Shown piece after piece: positions 28,341-44,429 of a stretch of DNA of 64,000 nt (positions are counted from its first letter, which is position 1; the number at the start of each line of letters is the position of its first letter). The DNA lies in NCBI GenBank assembly GCA_014894455.1, contig JADBLN010000116.1, positions 9,393 to 73,392 of the forward strand. The letters are read 5' to 3'. Both the position numbers and the translations under genes were made by a program. This stretch comes from Acidobacteriota bacterium (lineage in GTDB: Bacteria > Acidobacteriota > Aminicenantia > Aminicenantales > Saccharicenantaceae). Below the pieces are notes generated by a model. It made no database searches and was not told where the DNA came from. It saw only the letters and a list, made by a program, of their open reading frames with translations.

Positions 28341-29546
28341 CTACTGGATGATCTCGGTCACCGTTCCGGCGCCGACCGTCCGGCCGCCTTCGCGGATGGC
28401 GAAACGCAAGGCCTTCTCCATGGCGACGTCGGTGATCAGCTCGATCTCGAGGTTGATGGAGTCGCCGGGCATGACCATCTCGACGTTGTCGGGCATCTTC
28501 ACGGAACCCGTCACGTCGGTCGTCCGGAAGTAGAACTGGGGCCGGTAGCCCTTGAAGAACGGCGTGTGCCGGCCGCCCTCTTCCTTGGTCAGGGCGACGA
28601 TCTGGGCCCGGAACTTCCGGTGCGGGGTGATCGACCCCGGCTTGGCCAGGACCTGGCCGCGTTCGACCTCGTCCTTGCCGATGCCGCGGAGCAGGGCCCC
28701 GATGTTGTCGCCGGCCTGGGCCTGGTCGAGGAGCTTTTTGAACATCTCGACGCCCGTCACGACGGTCTTCCGCGTCTCGCGCAGTCCGATGATCTCGCAC
28801 TCGTCGCCGACCTTGACGACGCCGCGCTCGACCCGGCCCGTCACGACCGTGCCGCGGCCGGTGATCGAGAAGACGTCCTCGATGGCCATCTGGAAGGGCT
28901 TGTCAATCTCGCGCAAGGGCTCGGGGATGAAATCGTCCAGGGCCTTGACCAGGTCCCAAATGGGCTTGGCGCCTTCGCCGTTGACGTCTGCCGCGGCCTT
29001 CGTGGCGCTGCCGCGGATGACCGGCAGCTTGTCCCCGGGGAACTCGTACTTCGAGAGGAGCTCGCGTACTTCGAGCTCGACGAGGTCCAGGATCTCGGGG
29101 TCGTCGACGAGGTCGCACTTGTTCATGAAGACGACGATCGACGGCACATTGACCTGTTTGGCCAGCAGGATGTGCTCCCGCGTCTGGGGCATCGGGCCGT
29201 CGGCCGCGGAGACGACGAGAATGGCGCCGTCCATCTGGGCCGCGCCCGAGATCATGTTCTTGATGTAGTCGGCATGACCGGGGCAGTCGATGTGGGCGTA
29301 GTGCCGTTTTTCGCTCTCGTACTCCACGTGGCTCAAGGCGACCGTCAGGATCTTCGTCGCGTCCCGGCGGAACATCTTGGCGTCGGCCTTGGCCACTTCG
29401 TCGTAGCTCTTCGCCTTGGCCAGGCCCTTGGTCGCCAGAACCTTGGTTATGGCGGCCGTCAGCGTCGTCTTGCCGTGATCGATGTGTCCGATCGTGCCGA
29501 CGTTGACATGGGGTTTCGTCCTCGCATACTTTTCTTTCGCCATCAC
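28341..29546 (-). CDS. tuf: Elongation factor Tu (atypical switch I segment)
   Basis: [21 protein letters not shown] and domains II/III are canonical, and the gene follows fusA. Residues ~51-72 are non-canonical (see findings). Confidence 0.93.
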   Translation of the reverse strand: MMAKEKYARTKPHVNVGTIGHIDHGKTTLTAAITKVLATKGLAKAKSYDEVAKADAKMFRRDATKILTVALSHVEYESEKRHYAHIDCPGHADYIKNMISGAAQMDGAILVVSAADGPMPQTREHILLAKQVNVPSIVVFMNKCDLVDDPEILDLVELEVRELLSKYEFPGDKLPVIRGSATKAAADVNGEGAKPIWDLVKALDDFIPEPLREIDKPFQMAIEDVFSITGRGTVVTGRVERGVVKVGDECEIIGLRETRKTVVTGVEMFKKLLDQAQAGDNIGALLRGIGKDEVERGQVLAKPGSITPHRKFRAQIVALTKEEGGRHTPFFKGYRPQFYFRTTDVTGSVKMPDNVEMVMPGDSINLEIELITDVAMEKALRFAIREGGRTVGAGTVTEIIQ

Positions 29547-29584
29547 TCACCTCCTGTATGGCTTGCGTTGCTAAAAGACTCGCT

Positions 29585-31684
29585 TTATGCGCTGGCCCGG
29601 AACGGGGTCCTGCCCTCGATCCGGGCGACAATCTCTTCCTGGACGCCGGCCGGCGTCCGGTCGTACTGGGAAAACTCCATGGCGAACACCCCCCGCCCCT
29701 GAGTCAACGTCCTCAGTGTCGTCGCGTAGCCGAACATCCCAGCCAGGGGGACGTGGATCTTGATGACCCGGGAGCCGCTGCGCATCTCCATGCCCTCGAT
29801 CTTCCCCCGCCGGGCGTTGATGTCGCCGACGATGTTGCCCAGGTAATCGTCCGGAGTGACGATCTCGAGGTCCATGACCGGCTCGAGGATGACCGGGCCC
29901 GCCTTTCGGGCGGCCTCCCGGAAGGCCAGGGTCCCCGCGATCTTGTAGGCGACGGGCGTCGAATCGACCTCGCGGTACGACCCGCCGACGAGCGCCGCCC
30001 GGAGATCCGTGACCGGGTATCCTGCCACAATGCCCCCCTCCATGGCCTCCCGCACGCCGTTCTCGACATCGGCGATGAACTCCCGGGGGATGACGCCGCC
30101 CCGGGTCCTGTCGACGAACTCGAAGCCGCGGCCGCGGCCCAGGGGTTCGAGGTGAAGCACGCAGTGCCCGTAAAAGCCCTTTCCCCCGGCCTCGCGGAGA
30201 TACTTGCCCTCGCCCTCGGCGGCGGTCTGGATGGTCTCCTTGTAGGCGACCTGGGGCTTTCCCAGGTTGGCCCGGACGCCGAACTCCCGTTCCATCCGGT
30301 CCATGACGATCTCGAGATGAAGCTCGCCCATCCCCCGGAGCAGGGTCTGCCCGGTCATCGGGTCCTGGGTGACCTTGAGGGTGGGGTCCTCTCGGGTCAG
30401 CTTGGCCAGGGCGGTGGCGAGCTTGGGGTGGTCGGCCTTGCTCTTGGGCTCGATCGTCGCCGCGATGACCGGCTCGGGGAAGCGGATGGACTCGAGGACG
30501 ATGGGGTGACTTTTGAGGCAGAGGGTATCGCCCGTCGAGATGGCCTTCGTCGACCCCATCGCGGCGATGTCCCCGGCGTAGACTTCCTTGATCTCCTTGC
30601 GCTTGTTGGCGTGCATCTCGAGGAGCCGGGAGAGCTTCTCCTCCTCGCCCTTGGCCGAATTGTAGACGACCTGGCCGACCTTGGCCTTCCCGGAATAAAC
30701 CCGGAAGTAGGCCAGGTTGCCGAGGAAGGGGTCGTTGACGATCTTGAACACCAGCCCGGAGAACGGCGCCTCGTCCGAGGCGGGCCGGGTTTCCTCGGCC
30801 AGGGTGCGCGGGTGGTGGCCGGTGACAGGCCGGATGTCGGCGGGGGACGGCAGATAGTCGACGATGGCGTCGAGGAGGGGGTGGACGCCCTTGTTCCGGA
30901 AGGAAGCGCCGTAGAGGACCGGGACGACCTCCAAGGCGAGGGTCGCCCGGCGGACGGCGTTCCGCAGCTCCGGCGCGGAGACCTCGACGCCGTCGAGGTA
31001 CTTCTGCATCAAGCCGTCGTCGGTCTCACTCAACATTTCGATCATGTCCTGTCGCTTCTTTTCGACGTCTTCGCGGTTTTCCGCCGCGACCTCGCGGACG
31101 ACGTAATCCGTCCCGAGAATGTCCTGACCCCAGTCGTACGCCTTGCGTTCGATGAGGTCGATCACTCCGCGGAATCCGTCTTCCCGTCCCAGGGGAATCT
31201 GGATCGGCAGGGGCTTGGCCGCAACCCGGGTCCTCAACTGCAGGACGGCCCGTTCCGGGTCGGCCCCGATCCGGTCCATCTTGTTGATGAACACGATGCG
31301 GGGCACCCGATATTTGTCGGCCTGGCGCCACACTGTCTCGGACTGCGGTTCGACGCCGCCAACTCCACACAGTATGGCTATTGCGCCGTCGAGCACTCGT
31401 AAGGAGCGCTCGACCTCCGCGGTAAAATCCACGTGACCGGGCGTATCGATGATATTGATACGGTGGTCACGCCAGGCGGACGTCGTCGCGGCCGAGGTGA
31501 TGGTGATCCCGCGCTCCTGCTCCTGGACCATCCAATCCATCACGGCCGTTCCGTCGTCCACCTCGCCCATCTTGTAGGTCATACCCGTGTAAAAGAGGAT
31601 CCTCTCCGTCGTGGTCGTCTTCCCGGCGTCGATATGGGCCATGATACCGATATTCCGTACTTTCTCGATCGGGTATGACCGCAT
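29585..31684 (-). CDS. fusA: Elongation factor G
   Basis: It has [34 protein letters not shown] and a five-domain length (699 aa). Confidence 0.95.
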   Translation of the reverse strand: MRSYPIEKVRNIGIMAHIDAGKTTTTERILFYTGMTYKMGEVDDGTAVMDWMVQEQERGITITSAATTSAWRDHRINIIDTPGHVDFTAEVERSLRVLDGAIAILCGVGGVEPQSETVWRQADKYRVPRIVFINKMDRIGADPERAVLQLRTRVAAKPLPIQIPLGREDGFRGVIDLIERKAYDWGQDILGTDYVVREVAAENREDVEKKRQDMIEMLSETDDGLMQKYLDGVEVSAPELRNAVRRATLALEVVPVLYGASFRNKGVHPLLDAIVDYLPSPADIRPVTGHHPRTLAEETRPASDEAPFSGLVFKIVNDPFLGNLAYFRVYSGKAKVGQVVYNSAKGEEEKLSRLLEMHANKRKEIKEVYAGDIAAMGSTKAISTGDTLCLKSHPIVLESIRFPEPVIAATIEPKSKADHPKLATALAKLTREDPTLKVTQDPMTGQTLLRGMGELHLEIVMDRMEREFGVRANLGKPQVAYKETIQTAAEGEGKYLREAGGKGFYGHCVLHLEPLGRGRGFEFVDRTRGGVIPREFIADVENGVREAMEGGIVAGYPVTDLRAALVGGSYREVDSTPVAYKIAGTLAFREAARKAGPVILEPVMDLEIVTPDDYLGNIVGDINARRGKIEGMEMRSGSRVIKIHVPLAGMFGYATTLRTLTQGRGVFAMEFSQYDRTPAGVQEEIVARIEGRTPFRASA

Positions 31685-31738
31685 ATTTCCGTCTCTCCAT
31701 ATCGACCCGGTGCACTCTATAAGCTCTTTCTCTTGAGA

Positions 31739-32209
31739 CTACCATTTATAATGGGCGAAGGCCCGGTTGGCCTCCGCCATCTTGTGCGTGTCCTCGCGTT
31801 TCTTGACCGCGCCACCGCGGTTGTTGACGGCGTCGATGATCTCGGCGGAGAGCTTTTCCTGCATGCTCTTGCCGCCGCGCTCCTTGGCGTACTTGATCAG
31901 CCAGCGGAACCCCAGCGAGTAGGACCGGCCGGACGAGACCTCGATGGGGACCTGGTAGTTCGCACCGCCGACCCGCCGCGATTTCGTCTCGAGGAAGGGC
32001 CGGACGTTCTCCAGGGCCTTCTCGAGGATCTTGAGGGGGTCCTCCTTAGTCTTGGCCTTGAGGATGTCCATCGTCCCATAGACGACTTTCTGGGCGATCG
32101 TCTTCTTCCCCTTGCGAAGGAAGAGGTTGATGAACCGGGCGACGACCGTGCTTCCGTAGAACGGGTCGGCCGGGGTCTTGCGCTTCTTGATGATTCCGCG
32201 TCTCGGCAT
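31739..32209 (-). CDS. rpsG: 30S ribosomal protein S7
   Basis: It contains MPRRG...GGANYQVPIEV...MAEANRAFAHYKW. Confidence 0.97.
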   Translation of the reverse strand: MPRRGIIKKRKTPADPFYGSTVVARFINLFLRKGKKTIAQKVVYGTMDILKAKTKEDPLKILEKALENVRPFLETKSRRVGGANYQVPIEVSSGRSYSLGFRWLIKYAKERGGKSMQEKLSAEIIDAVNNRGGAVKKREDTHKMAEANRAFAHYKW

Positions 32210-32223
32210 GGGGATGCTCCTGT

Positions 32224-32613
32224 CTAGGCGGCCGCCCGTTTCTCTTTCGGCCTCTTCGCCCCGTACCGGGAACGCGCCTTGAAGCGGTTCTGCACCCCCT
32301 CGGCGTCGAGTTTGCCGCGGATGATGTGGTAGCGGACACCGGGCAGGTCCTTGATGCGGCCTCCCCGGATCATGACGATCGAGTGCTCCTGGAGGTTGTG
32401 GCCGACGCCGGGGATGTATCCCGTGACCTCGATGTTGTTGGTCAGCCTGACCCGGGCCACCTTACGCATGGCCGAATTCGGCTTCTTGGGCGTCGTCGTG
32501 AAGACCCGGGTGCAGACACCCCTCTTCTGCGGACAGGCGTCGAGGGCCGGGGATTTGCTCTTATATTTTTTGGGCGATCTGCCTTTTCTGACGAGTTGAT
32601 TTACGGTCGGCAA
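32224..32613 (-). CDS. rpsL: 30S ribosomal protein S12 (TTG start)
   Basis: It contains [11 protein letters not shown]...[11 protein letters not shown]. The start codon reads TTG, behind GAGGAG. Confidence 0.96.
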   Translation of the reverse strand: MPTVNQLVRKGRSPKKYKSKSPALDACPQKRGVCTRVFTTTPKKPNSAMRKVARVRLTNNIEVTGYIPGVGHNLQEHSIVMIRGGRIKDLPGVRYHIIRGKLDAEGVQNRFKARSRYGAKRPKEKRAAA

Positions 32614-32692
32614 TGAAAAATACTCCTCTACATTAAATTCAAACGTGAGTTTTATTCAGCCCCAGGAAGATAGTCCCGAGACGAATGGGCAA

Positions 32693-32721
32693 ATAATAAC
32701 AAAATTCGGCCTCCCTGTCAA
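32693..32721 (-). promoter_or_regulatory. Strong candidate sigma70 promoter TTGACA-17-TATTAT for rpsL-rpsG-fusA-tuf (and downstream)
   Basis: On the minus strand there is a consensus -35 (32721-32716), a 17-nt spacer and a -10 TATTAT (32698-32693). It sits in an AT-rich gap 35 nt after the rpoC stop and ~73 nt before rpsL. Confidence 0.65.
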
Positions 32722-32755
32722 GAAATTTAAGGGGATTCCCGCCTCGAGAACGGCC

Positions 32756-36909
<4,154 letters not shown>

Positions 36910-36910
<1 letters not shown>

Positions 36911-39900
36911 TAAGCTTCTCCTTTGCCCGCTTGGGGGGGTATGGCGATGCCCCAAGGCAGCACTTCTTCCTTGTCCCCCTTCTCCAGCTCCACGTTCAGG
37001 CAGAGGCTCTGGAGCTCCCGGATGAGGACGTTGACGGATTCGGGGAGACCGGGCGTGAACTCCAGGTCGCCTTTGACGATGGCCTCGTAGATCTTGGCCC
37101 GTCCTTCGACGTCGTCGGACTTGACCGTCAGGAGCTCCTGGAGGCAGTAGGCCGCGCCGTAGGCTTCGAGGGCCCAGACCTCCATCTCGCCAAACCGCTG
37201 GCCGCCGAACTGGGCCTTGCCGCCGAGCGGCTGCTGGGTGATGAGGGAGTACGGCCCGGTCGAGCGGGCGTGGATCTTGTCGTCGACGAGGTGGTAGAGC
37301 TTCATCATGTAGATGTAGCCCACGGTCACTTCCTGGTCGATGAGTTCGCCGCCCATGCCGTCGAAGAGCGGGGTCTTGCCGCTCTCCGGCAGTCCGGCTT
37401 TCTTGAGCAGCTGCTTGATCTCGTTCTCGCTCGCGCCGTCGAAGACGGGGGTGGCCATCCAGATGTCGAGGGTCCGGGCGGCCCACCCGGCGTGGGTCTC
37501 CAGGATCTGGCCGACGTTCATGCGGGAGGGGACGCCGAGCGGATTGAGGACGATCTCGACGGGCGTCCCGTCGAGCAGCCGGGGCATGTCCTCCATGGGC
37601 ACGATCTTGGCGACGATGCCCTTGTTGCCGTGCCGGCCGGAGACCTTGTCGCCCACGGACAGCTTCCGCTTCATGGCGATGAAGACCTTGATCGACTGGA
37701 TGACACCCGGGGCGAGCTCATCGCCCTTCTTGAGGTTGTCGACCTTCTCCTTGAAGACGGCCCGGAGGGCCTCGATCTGGCGCTTGACCTTCTTGTCGAG
37801 GTCCTTGATCTCGCGGTCGCGGTCCGCGTCGTCGTTGAGCTTGAGCTTGGCCGCGCCGTCGAAGTCCAGAGTTTCCAGGACCTTCTCGGTCAGCTTGGTC
37901 CCTTTTTCGAGCGTTTCGCTGCCGGCCTTCTGGGTCTTCTCGACGACCGAGCCCTTGAGGAGGGCCCGGACCTTCTCCCATTTCTCGTTTTCCATGATGA
38001 CGATCTCGTCGTCGAGGTTCCGCTTGAGCGTGGCGATCTCGTCTTTCTCGATGGCCTTGGCCCGGGGCCCCTTCTCGATGCCCCGGCGCGAGAAGATACG
38101 GACGTCGATGATGGTCCCTTCGACGCCGGGCGAGCAGGAGAGAGAGGCGTCCTTGACGTCGAGGGCCTTCTCGCCGAAGATCGCCTTGAGGAGCTTCTCC
38201 TCGGGCGACAGCTGGGTCTCCCCTTTCGGGGCCACCTTTCCGACGAGGATGTCGCCCGACTTGACGTGGGCGCCGATGCGGACGATGCCGTTCTCGTCGA
38301 GGTTGCGGAGCAGGTTCTCGGGAACGTTGGGGATGTCGCGGGTGATCTCCTCGGGGCCGAGCTTGGTATCGCGGGCCTCGATCGTCTCCTCGACGATGTG
38401 AAGGGAAGTGAAAATATCTTCCTTGATCAGCTTCTCGCTGACGATGATAGCGTCCTCGAAGTTGTAGCCCCGCCAGGGCATGAAGGCGACGAGGACGTTG
38501 CGGCCGAGCGCGAGCTCGCCGCCGTCCGTGCAGGAGCTGTCGGCCAGAACCTGTCCCTGGACGACCGTGTCCCCCTTCCGGACGATGGGCCGGTGGTTGG
38601 TGGAAGTGTTTTGGTTGGTCCGGAGGAACTTGATCAGGGTGTAGAGGTCCGTACCGACGTCGTAGCTCCGGCTGGCCTTCTTGTCGTCCACCCGGACGAT
38701 GATCCGTTCGGCGTCCACGAACTCGACGACCCCGTCCCGCCGGCAGACGATGACGTCGCCCGAGCCGACGGCGACCAGGCCCTCGATCCCGGTCCCGATG
38801 AGCGGGGCCTCCGGGCGGATGAGCGGGACGGCCTGGCGCTGCATGTTGGAGCCCATCAGGGCGCGGTTGGCGTCATCGTGCTCGAGGAACGGGATGAGCG
38901 CGGCCGACAGCGAGACGAGCTGCTTCGGGGAGACGTCGATGTAGTGGATCTGCTCGCGGGGGATGAACTTGAAGTTGCCCCGTTCCCGGGCGCTGACGAG
39001 GTCGTTCGTGAAAAAGCCTTTCTCGTCGACGGGGGCGTTGGCCTGGGCGATGTTGTACTTCTCTTCCTCCCAGGCGGTGAGGTAGAAACAGAAGGGCTGG
39101 ACGACCGGGAGTTGGCGGGTCTTCTGCTCTTTGAGCCGTTCAACGGCCTTGAGCATCTTGTCCTTCTCGACGATCTCGCCGATCTTGTAGTCGCTCGTCC
39201 CGGGATGGAGGATCTTGACGTAGTCGATGATCCGGCAGTTCTCGACCTTCTGGTAGGGGGTCTCGATGAAACCGTATTCATTGACCCGGGCGAAACAGCT
39301 GAGGGAGGAGATCAGGCCGATGTTCGGGCCTTCCGGGGTTTCGACCGGGCAGATCCGGCCGTAGTGGGAGGCCTGGATGTCGCGGACCTCGAAGCCGGCC
39401 CGTTCCCGGCTGAGGCCGCCCGGGCCGAGGGCGGAGAGGCGCCGCTTGTGGGTGATCTCGGCCAAGCTATTGATCTGGTCCATGAACTGGGAGAGCTGGG
39501 AACTGCCGAAGAACTCCTTGAGGGCGGCGATGACCGGCTTGGAGTTGATGAGGTCCTGGGGCATGGCCGCCGCCAGGTCGGCGGTAATGGTCATCTTTTC
39601 CTTGATCGTCCGCTCCATCCGGGTCAGACCGATACGGAAGGCGTTCTCGACCAGTTCGCCGACGGAACGGACCCGCCGGTTGCCCAGGTGGTCGATGTCG
39701 TCGACCAGGCCCTCCCCGAAGCGGAGGTTGAGCAGGTACTTGAGGACTTCCACGTAGTCGAGCGGCGTCAGCGTTTTGTCGTCGAGAGGGGTCTCGAGCC
39801 CGAGCTTGATGTTGAACTTGAGCCGGCCGATCCGGGAAAAATTGTACTTCTGGGGATTGAAGAACAGGCTGCGGAAGAGGTTGTGGGCGCTCTCCTGGGT

Positions 39901-41196
39901 GTGGGGCTCGCCCGGCCGCAGCTTGCGGTAGATCTCGCCGAGCGCGGCCGGCTGGTCCTTGCGGAGGTCCTTCTTCAGGGTCGTGCTCAGGATGAGCCCG
40001 GCCCGGTCCTCCTCGGGGAAGAAGACCTCGAACGGCTCTCCCCGCCCGACGAGAAGGTCGAGCTGAGCGTCGCCGATGTCCTCGTTGACCCTGACCTTGC
40101 CCTTGATCCCGACGAGGGAGTAAGCCCCCTGGAGCTCCTTTTTGAGGAGCGGGATCCGGGTGACGCCGGCGGCCTTCAGGGCGGCCAGGACATCCGGGAC
40201 GATCTTCTTCTTGCCGGGGGCGAGGACCTTGCGGCTCTTGGCGTCGGTGACGTCGTCCGCCGGGGACTTCCCGACGAGGCTGTCCGTGACTTCCCAGTAC
40301 AGCTTACCGTCTTCGGGGATGACCTTGTAGGTCTTGTGGAAGAGCTTGAGGATCTCCTCGTCCGTCCCGAAGCCGAGGGCCCGCAGGAAAACCGTGGCCA
40401 GGAATTTTTTCTTCCTGTCCAGCCGGACCCAGATGAGGCTTTTCGAATCGTGTTCGAACTCGACCCAGGCGCCGCGGTACGGGATGATCTTGGCGATGAA
40501 GAAGCCCTTGTTCTCCGCTTGGCGGAAGAACACTCCCGGCGAGCGCTGGAGCTGGCTGACGACGACCCGCTCGATACCGTTGAAGATGAAGGCCCCCTTC
40601 TCGGTCATGAGCGGAATGTCGCCGAAATAGACTTCCTGCTGCTTGATGTGCTTGAGGCGCTTGGCCTTGGTCACGGCGTCCTTTTCCCAGGATACGAGCT
40701 GGATCTTGAGCTTGAGGGGGATGGAGTAGCTGTAGCCCTTCTGGATGCACTCCATCGGCGTGTACTTGAGCTTGATGCCGACGCGGTCGCCGCAGTGCTC
40801 GCACAGGGGAAGCTCGATCTTCCGGGCCGCGCCGCAGAAGGGGCAGACCTCTTTCGCGGCGAACTCCATGTCCGCCGGGAGGAGGGTCTGGCAGGCGCTG
40901 CACCGGGCCCGGGAGTTCTCGACCCCCTTGAGCCGCCCGCACTTGCATTCCCAGGTCCCAATCGAATAGCTGAGGAACTCCAGCTCCGTCGTTTCCTTGA
41001 AGTCGGAGATGGGGAAGACATCCTTCAAGGCGGCCTGGAGGCCGGTGTCCTTGCGCTCTTCGGGCAGGAGCTCCATCTGGAGGAATTCGGCGTAGGACTT
41101 CGTTTGGATGTCCAGAAGGTCGGGCATGGGGAAGACTGCCTTGATCTTCGAGAAATCGACCCTCTCGCGGTATGGTTTTTTAGGTTCTTTGAGCAT
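36910..41196 (-). CDS. rpoB: DNA-directed RNA polymerase subunit beta (with N-terminal Cys-rich insertion)
   Basis: It shows full-length beta similarity ([34 protein letters not shown], ...GRHGNKGIV..., ...[20 protein letters not shown]). It is 1428 aa. Confidence 0.97.
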
Positions 41197-41274
41197 GCTG
41201 TCTCACTCTCAAGCAGAGATGGAGTGTCCTCGTTTCCGAGACCGGACAAACGGACGCTCAGCCAACCGGGTCAC

Positions 41275-41661
41275 TTACTGAAGCTCGATGACGGCTCCGA
41301 CTTCGGCGAACTTGGCCTTGATGGATTCGGCCTCTTCCTTGGTCACTCCCTCTTTGACCGCCTTGGGGGCGCTGTCGACGAGGTCCTTGGCCTCTTTGAG
41401 GCCTAGGCTGGTGACTTCCCGGACGACCTTGATGACGTTGATCTTCTTGTCGCCCACGGTTTTCAGGATGACGCTGAACTCGGTCTTCTCCTCGGCGGGC
41501 TTGGCGTCGGCCGGGGTGGCGGCGCCGGCCGCCATGACGGGAGCGGCCGCGGCGGCGCTGATGCCGTACCGGGTCTCGAACTCCTTGATGTAGTCCGAGA
41601 GTTCCAGGATGGTCAGGGTGTCGAGGTGGGTGAAAAACTGTTCCTTGGTGAGTTTTTCCAT
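41275..41661 (-). CDS. rplL: 50S ribosomal protein L7/L12
   Basis: It has an Ala-rich hinge and the C-terminal domain [25 protein letters not shown]. Confidence 0.97.
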   Translation of the reverse strand: MEKLTKEQFFTHLDTLTILELSDYIKEFETRYGISAAAAAPVMAAGAATPADAKPAEEKTEFSVILKTVGDKKINVIKVVREVTSLGLKEAKDLVDSAPKAVKEGVTKEEAESIKAKFAEVGAVIELQ

Positions 41662-41679
41662 GTCACGAGTCTCCTTTTA

Positions 41680-42204
41680 TTAGTTTTCGGTGTTTTTCGT
41701 CTTCTTGAGTTCGCCGAGAAGGATCCCGACGTGGGCCAGCGGCGCTTGGAGGGTCCGCATGAGCCGGTGGAGCGGGTTGGCCATGATATAGGCGATCTTG
41801 CCGACCAGGTCCTCGCGGGAGGTGAGCTTGCTGACCTCGTCGAAACGGCCGGGGGCGAGGTATTGGCCCTCGACCTGGCCGCCCTTGACCGCCAGGACCT
41901 TCCCCTGGTTGGAGAAATCCTTGAGGATCTTGGCCAGCTGGATCGGGTCCTTGCCGGCGAAGGCGATGGCCGTGGGCTTCTGGAAGAAGGGACGGAGGGG
42001 CTCCGGGCAGCGTTCGCCCAGGGCCCGCAGGGCCAGTCGGTTCTTGATGACCTTGTAGGTGAAGGCGTTCTTCCGCAGGATCTTCCGCAGCTCGACCGAC
42101 TGGGAGACCTTCATCTTTTTGAAGTCCACCAGGTAGTAGGTGCTGTTCGTCTCGAAGAGACGCTCGAGCGTCTGGATGATGGGTTGCTTGGCTTCCTTTT
42201 TCAC
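41680..42204 (-). CDS. rplJ: 50S ribosomal protein L10
   Basis: The call rests on its position between rplA and rplL and on L10-type sequence (YYLVDFKKMKVSQSVELRK). Confidence 0.93.
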   Translation of the reverse strand: MKKEAKQPIIQTLERLFETNSTYYLVDFKKMKVSQSVELRKILRKNAFTYKVIKNRLALRALGERCPEPLRPFFQKPTAIAFAGKDPIQLAKILKDFSNQGKVLAVKGGQVEGQYLAPGRFDEVSKLTSREDLVGKIAYIMANPLHRLMRTLQAPLAHVGILLGELKKTKNTEN

Positions 42205-42215
42205 TTCGCTCGCTC

Positions 42216-42914
42216 CTAGCTCTCTAAGATGTCCTCGGAAATCTTGAAGGATGGCCCCATGGTCGAAGACACGAACATCGTCCGGATGTACTTGCCCTTG
42301 GCAGCCGGCGGCTTGGCATGGGCGATGGCCTGGACGAAGGTCCGCAGGTTCTCGACGAGCTTGGCCTCCGGGAAGGAGACCTTCCCGACGGTGGAATGGA
42401 CGATGCTCGTCTTGTCGACGCGGAACTCGACCTTGCCCGCCTTGGTCTCCTCGACGGCCTTCTTGACATCGAAGGTGACCGTCCCCGACTTGGGGTTGGG
42501 CATGAGGCCCTTGGTGCCCAGGATGCGGCCGAGCTTGCCGACGCCGCGCATGACGTCGGGCGTCGCGATGACGATGTCGAAGTCGATCCAGCCGCCGGCG
42601 ATCTTCTCGATGATCTCGTCCCCGCCGAAGTAGTCGGCGCCGGCCGCTTCGGCCTCCTTGAGCTTCTCCCCGGCGGCGATGACGCAGATCTTCTTCGTCT
42701 TGCCGGTGCCGTGGGGCAGGACGACGGTGCCGCGGACCATCTGGTCCGAATGCTTGGGGTTTACGCCCAGCCGGATGTCCATGTCCACGGACTCGTCGAA
42801 CTTGGCGAAGTGGGCCTTCTTGAGGAGGCTGACAGCCTCCTCCAGGGAGTAATCCCGGGGCTCCGGCCCCTTGACCTCCCGGGCCTTGATGGTGTTCTTG
42901 CCGTGTTTACTCAC
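42216..42914 (-). CDS. rplA: 50S ribosomal protein L1
   Basis: It contains [34 protein letters not shown]. Confidence 0.97.
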   Translation of the reverse strand: MSKHGKNTIKAREVKGPEPRDYSLEEAVSLLKKAHFAKFDESVDMDIRLGVNPKHSDQMVRGTVVLPHGTGKTKKICVIAAGEKLKEAEAAGADYFGGDEIIEKIAGGWIDFDIVIATPDVMRGVGKLGRILGTKGLMPNPKSGTVTFDVKKAVEETKAGKVEFRVDKTSIVHSTVGKVSFPEAKLVENLRTFVQAIAHAKPPAAKGKYIRTMFVSSTMGPSFKISEDILES

Positions 42915-43338
42915 TGATGATCTCCAATCCCATGTTTTTCGCGGTCCCCTCGATGATCTTCTTCGCGGCCTCGATGTCGTAGGCGTTGAGGTCGGGGAGC
43001 TTCGTCCGGGCGATGTCCTCGATCTGCTTCTGGGTGACCGTGCCGACCTTCTCCTTGTTCGGCGCCCCGGACCCCTTGGCGATCCCGGCCGCCTTTTTCA
43101 GAAGATAGGACGCCGGCGGGGTCTTGACCACGAAATTGAACGACTTGTCCTTGAACACGGTGATCAGGACGGGGACGACGGTGCCCTCGTCCATCTTCTT
43201 CGTCCGTTCGTTGAACTCACGGACGAAGCCCATGATGTTGACGCCGTGCTGGCCCAGGGCGGGGCCGACAGGAGGGGCGGGGCTCGCCTGTCCCGCGACG
43301 ATCTCCAGCTTGATCTTGGCAATGACTTCTTTCGACAT
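42907..43338 (-). CDS. rplK: 50S ribosomal protein L11
   Basis: It contains [28 protein letters not shown]. Confidence 0.97.
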   Translation of the reverse strand: MSKEVIAKIKLEIVAGQASPAPPVGPALGQHGVNIMGFVREFNERTKKMDEGTVVPVLITVFKDKSFNFVVKTPPASYLLKKAAGIAKGSGAPNKEKVGTVTQKQIEDIARTKLPDLNAYDIEAAKKIIEGTAKNMGLEIISE

Positions 43339-43347
43339 CTCGTCCTC

Positions 43348-43878
43348 CTAAAGCTTTTCCACCTGCAGGAATTCGAGCTCCACGGGGGTGGACCGGCCGA
43401 AGATGGTGACCAGGACCTTGAGGGTGCTCCGCTCGGTGTTGACCTCTTCGACGATCCCGCTGAAGTTGAAGAAGGGGCCGTCGATGATCCGGACGGCCTC
43501 GCCTTTCTCGAAGGAGTGCTTGGGCTTGGGCTTTTCCGAGGTCGTCTGCATGTGCTCGACGATCTGGTCGACCTCTTTCTTGCTCAGGGAGGTGGGAGTC
43601 CGGCCGGAGCCGACGAAGCCCGTCACCTTGGGGACCTGGCGGATCATCAGCCAGTTCTCGTCGTTCATCTCCATTTCGACGAGGATGTACCCCGGGTACG
43701 ACCTCTTCGTGGAGACGACCTTCTTCCCGCCCCGGATCTCGATGACGTCCTCGGTCGGGATGATGATCTGCCCGACCTGGTCCTCGAGATGGAGCTCGAT
43801 CGCCTTCTGTTTGATCGATTCGGCGACGAACTTCTCGAAGCCGGAGTAGGTGTGAACGACAAACCAGTTTTTTGCCAT
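43348..43878 (-). CDS. nusG: Transcription termination/antitermination factor NusG
   Basis: It begins [15 protein letters not shown]... and has a C-terminal KOW motif ([14 protein letters not shown]). The longer track ORF is read-through. Confidence 0.95.
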   Translation of the reverse strand: MAKNWFVVHTYSGFEKFVAESIKQKAIELHLEDQVGQIIIPTEDVIEIRGGKKVVSTKRSYPGYILVEMEMNDENWLMIRQVPKVTGFVGSGRTPTSLSKKEVDQIVEHMQTTSEKPKPKHSFEKGEAVRIIDGPFFNFSGIVEEVNTERSTLKVLVTIFGRSTPVELEFLQVEKL

Positions 43879-43895
43879 CGTCCGATTCCTTGCGT

Positions 43896-44108
43896 TTATC
43901 CGAATAGGGACTTGATCCGGCCGATCACCCAGGAGAAGATCACGTCCATGAAGAACAGGTAGAAGCCGAAGAAGATCGTGGCGGCGATGACGACGATCGT
44001 CGTGCTGGTGACCTCGTTCTTGGAGGGCCAGGTGACCTTCTTGAGTTCCGACTTGACGTCCTTGATAAAATTCCAGAACCGTTTGTACCAGCGAATCTTG
44101 TCGTTCAT
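43896..44108 (-). CDS. secE: Preprotein translocase subunit SecE
   Basis: It is 70 aa with a single TM segment, contains FIKDVKSELKKVTWPSKNE and lies upstream of nusG. Confidence 0.9.
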   Translation of the reverse strand: MNDKIRWYKRFWNFIKDVKSELKKVTWPSKNEVTSTTIVVIAATIFFGFYLFFMDVIFSWVIGRIKSLFG

Positions 44109-44180
44109 GGCATGTCCTTTGTCCGACTTGCGCGGCCTGATCGTCCCGGTCCCGTCGCCGCTCGCCTTGCGGGCAGAAGA

Positions 44181-44256
<76 letters not shown>

Positions 44257-44279
44257 GTCGTCCCGTCATGGCCGTTCGC

Positions 44280-44429
44280 TTATTTGCCTTCCTTGTGGGC
44301 CGTGTGCTTCCGGCAGGAGGGGCAGAACTTGCGCGTCTCGAGCTTGTCCGTCTGCTTCTTCTTGTTCCGCGTCGTGGAATAGTTCCGCCGCTTGCATTCG
44401 CCGCACTGGAGCGTGATGATCTCTCGCAT
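44280..44429 (-). CDS. rpmG: 50S ribosomal protein L33 (Zn form)
   Basis: This gene is not in the ORF track because it is under 60 aa. My translation is [49 protein letters not shown]. The SD is AAGGAAAGG. Confidence 0.93.
   Translation of the reverse strand: MREIITLQCGECKRRNYSTTRNKKKQTDKLETRKFCPSCRKHTAHKEGK

Noticed and set aside
36931-41406. Very long antisense ORFs: 1491 aa opposite rpoB, 824 aa opposite rpoC (32645-35119), 878 aa opposite purL (49146-51782), 727 aa at 4581-6764, 663 aa at 8206-10197, 605 aa opposite polX, and 474 aa opposite purB.
   Set aside because: Each lies opposite a gene with unmistakable homology. Their products are low-complexity Arg/Gly/Asp/Pro/Val-rich sequence with no motifs. 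Strong GC3 bias on the sense strand depletes stop codons in antisense frames, so these are shadow ORFs rather than overlapping genes.
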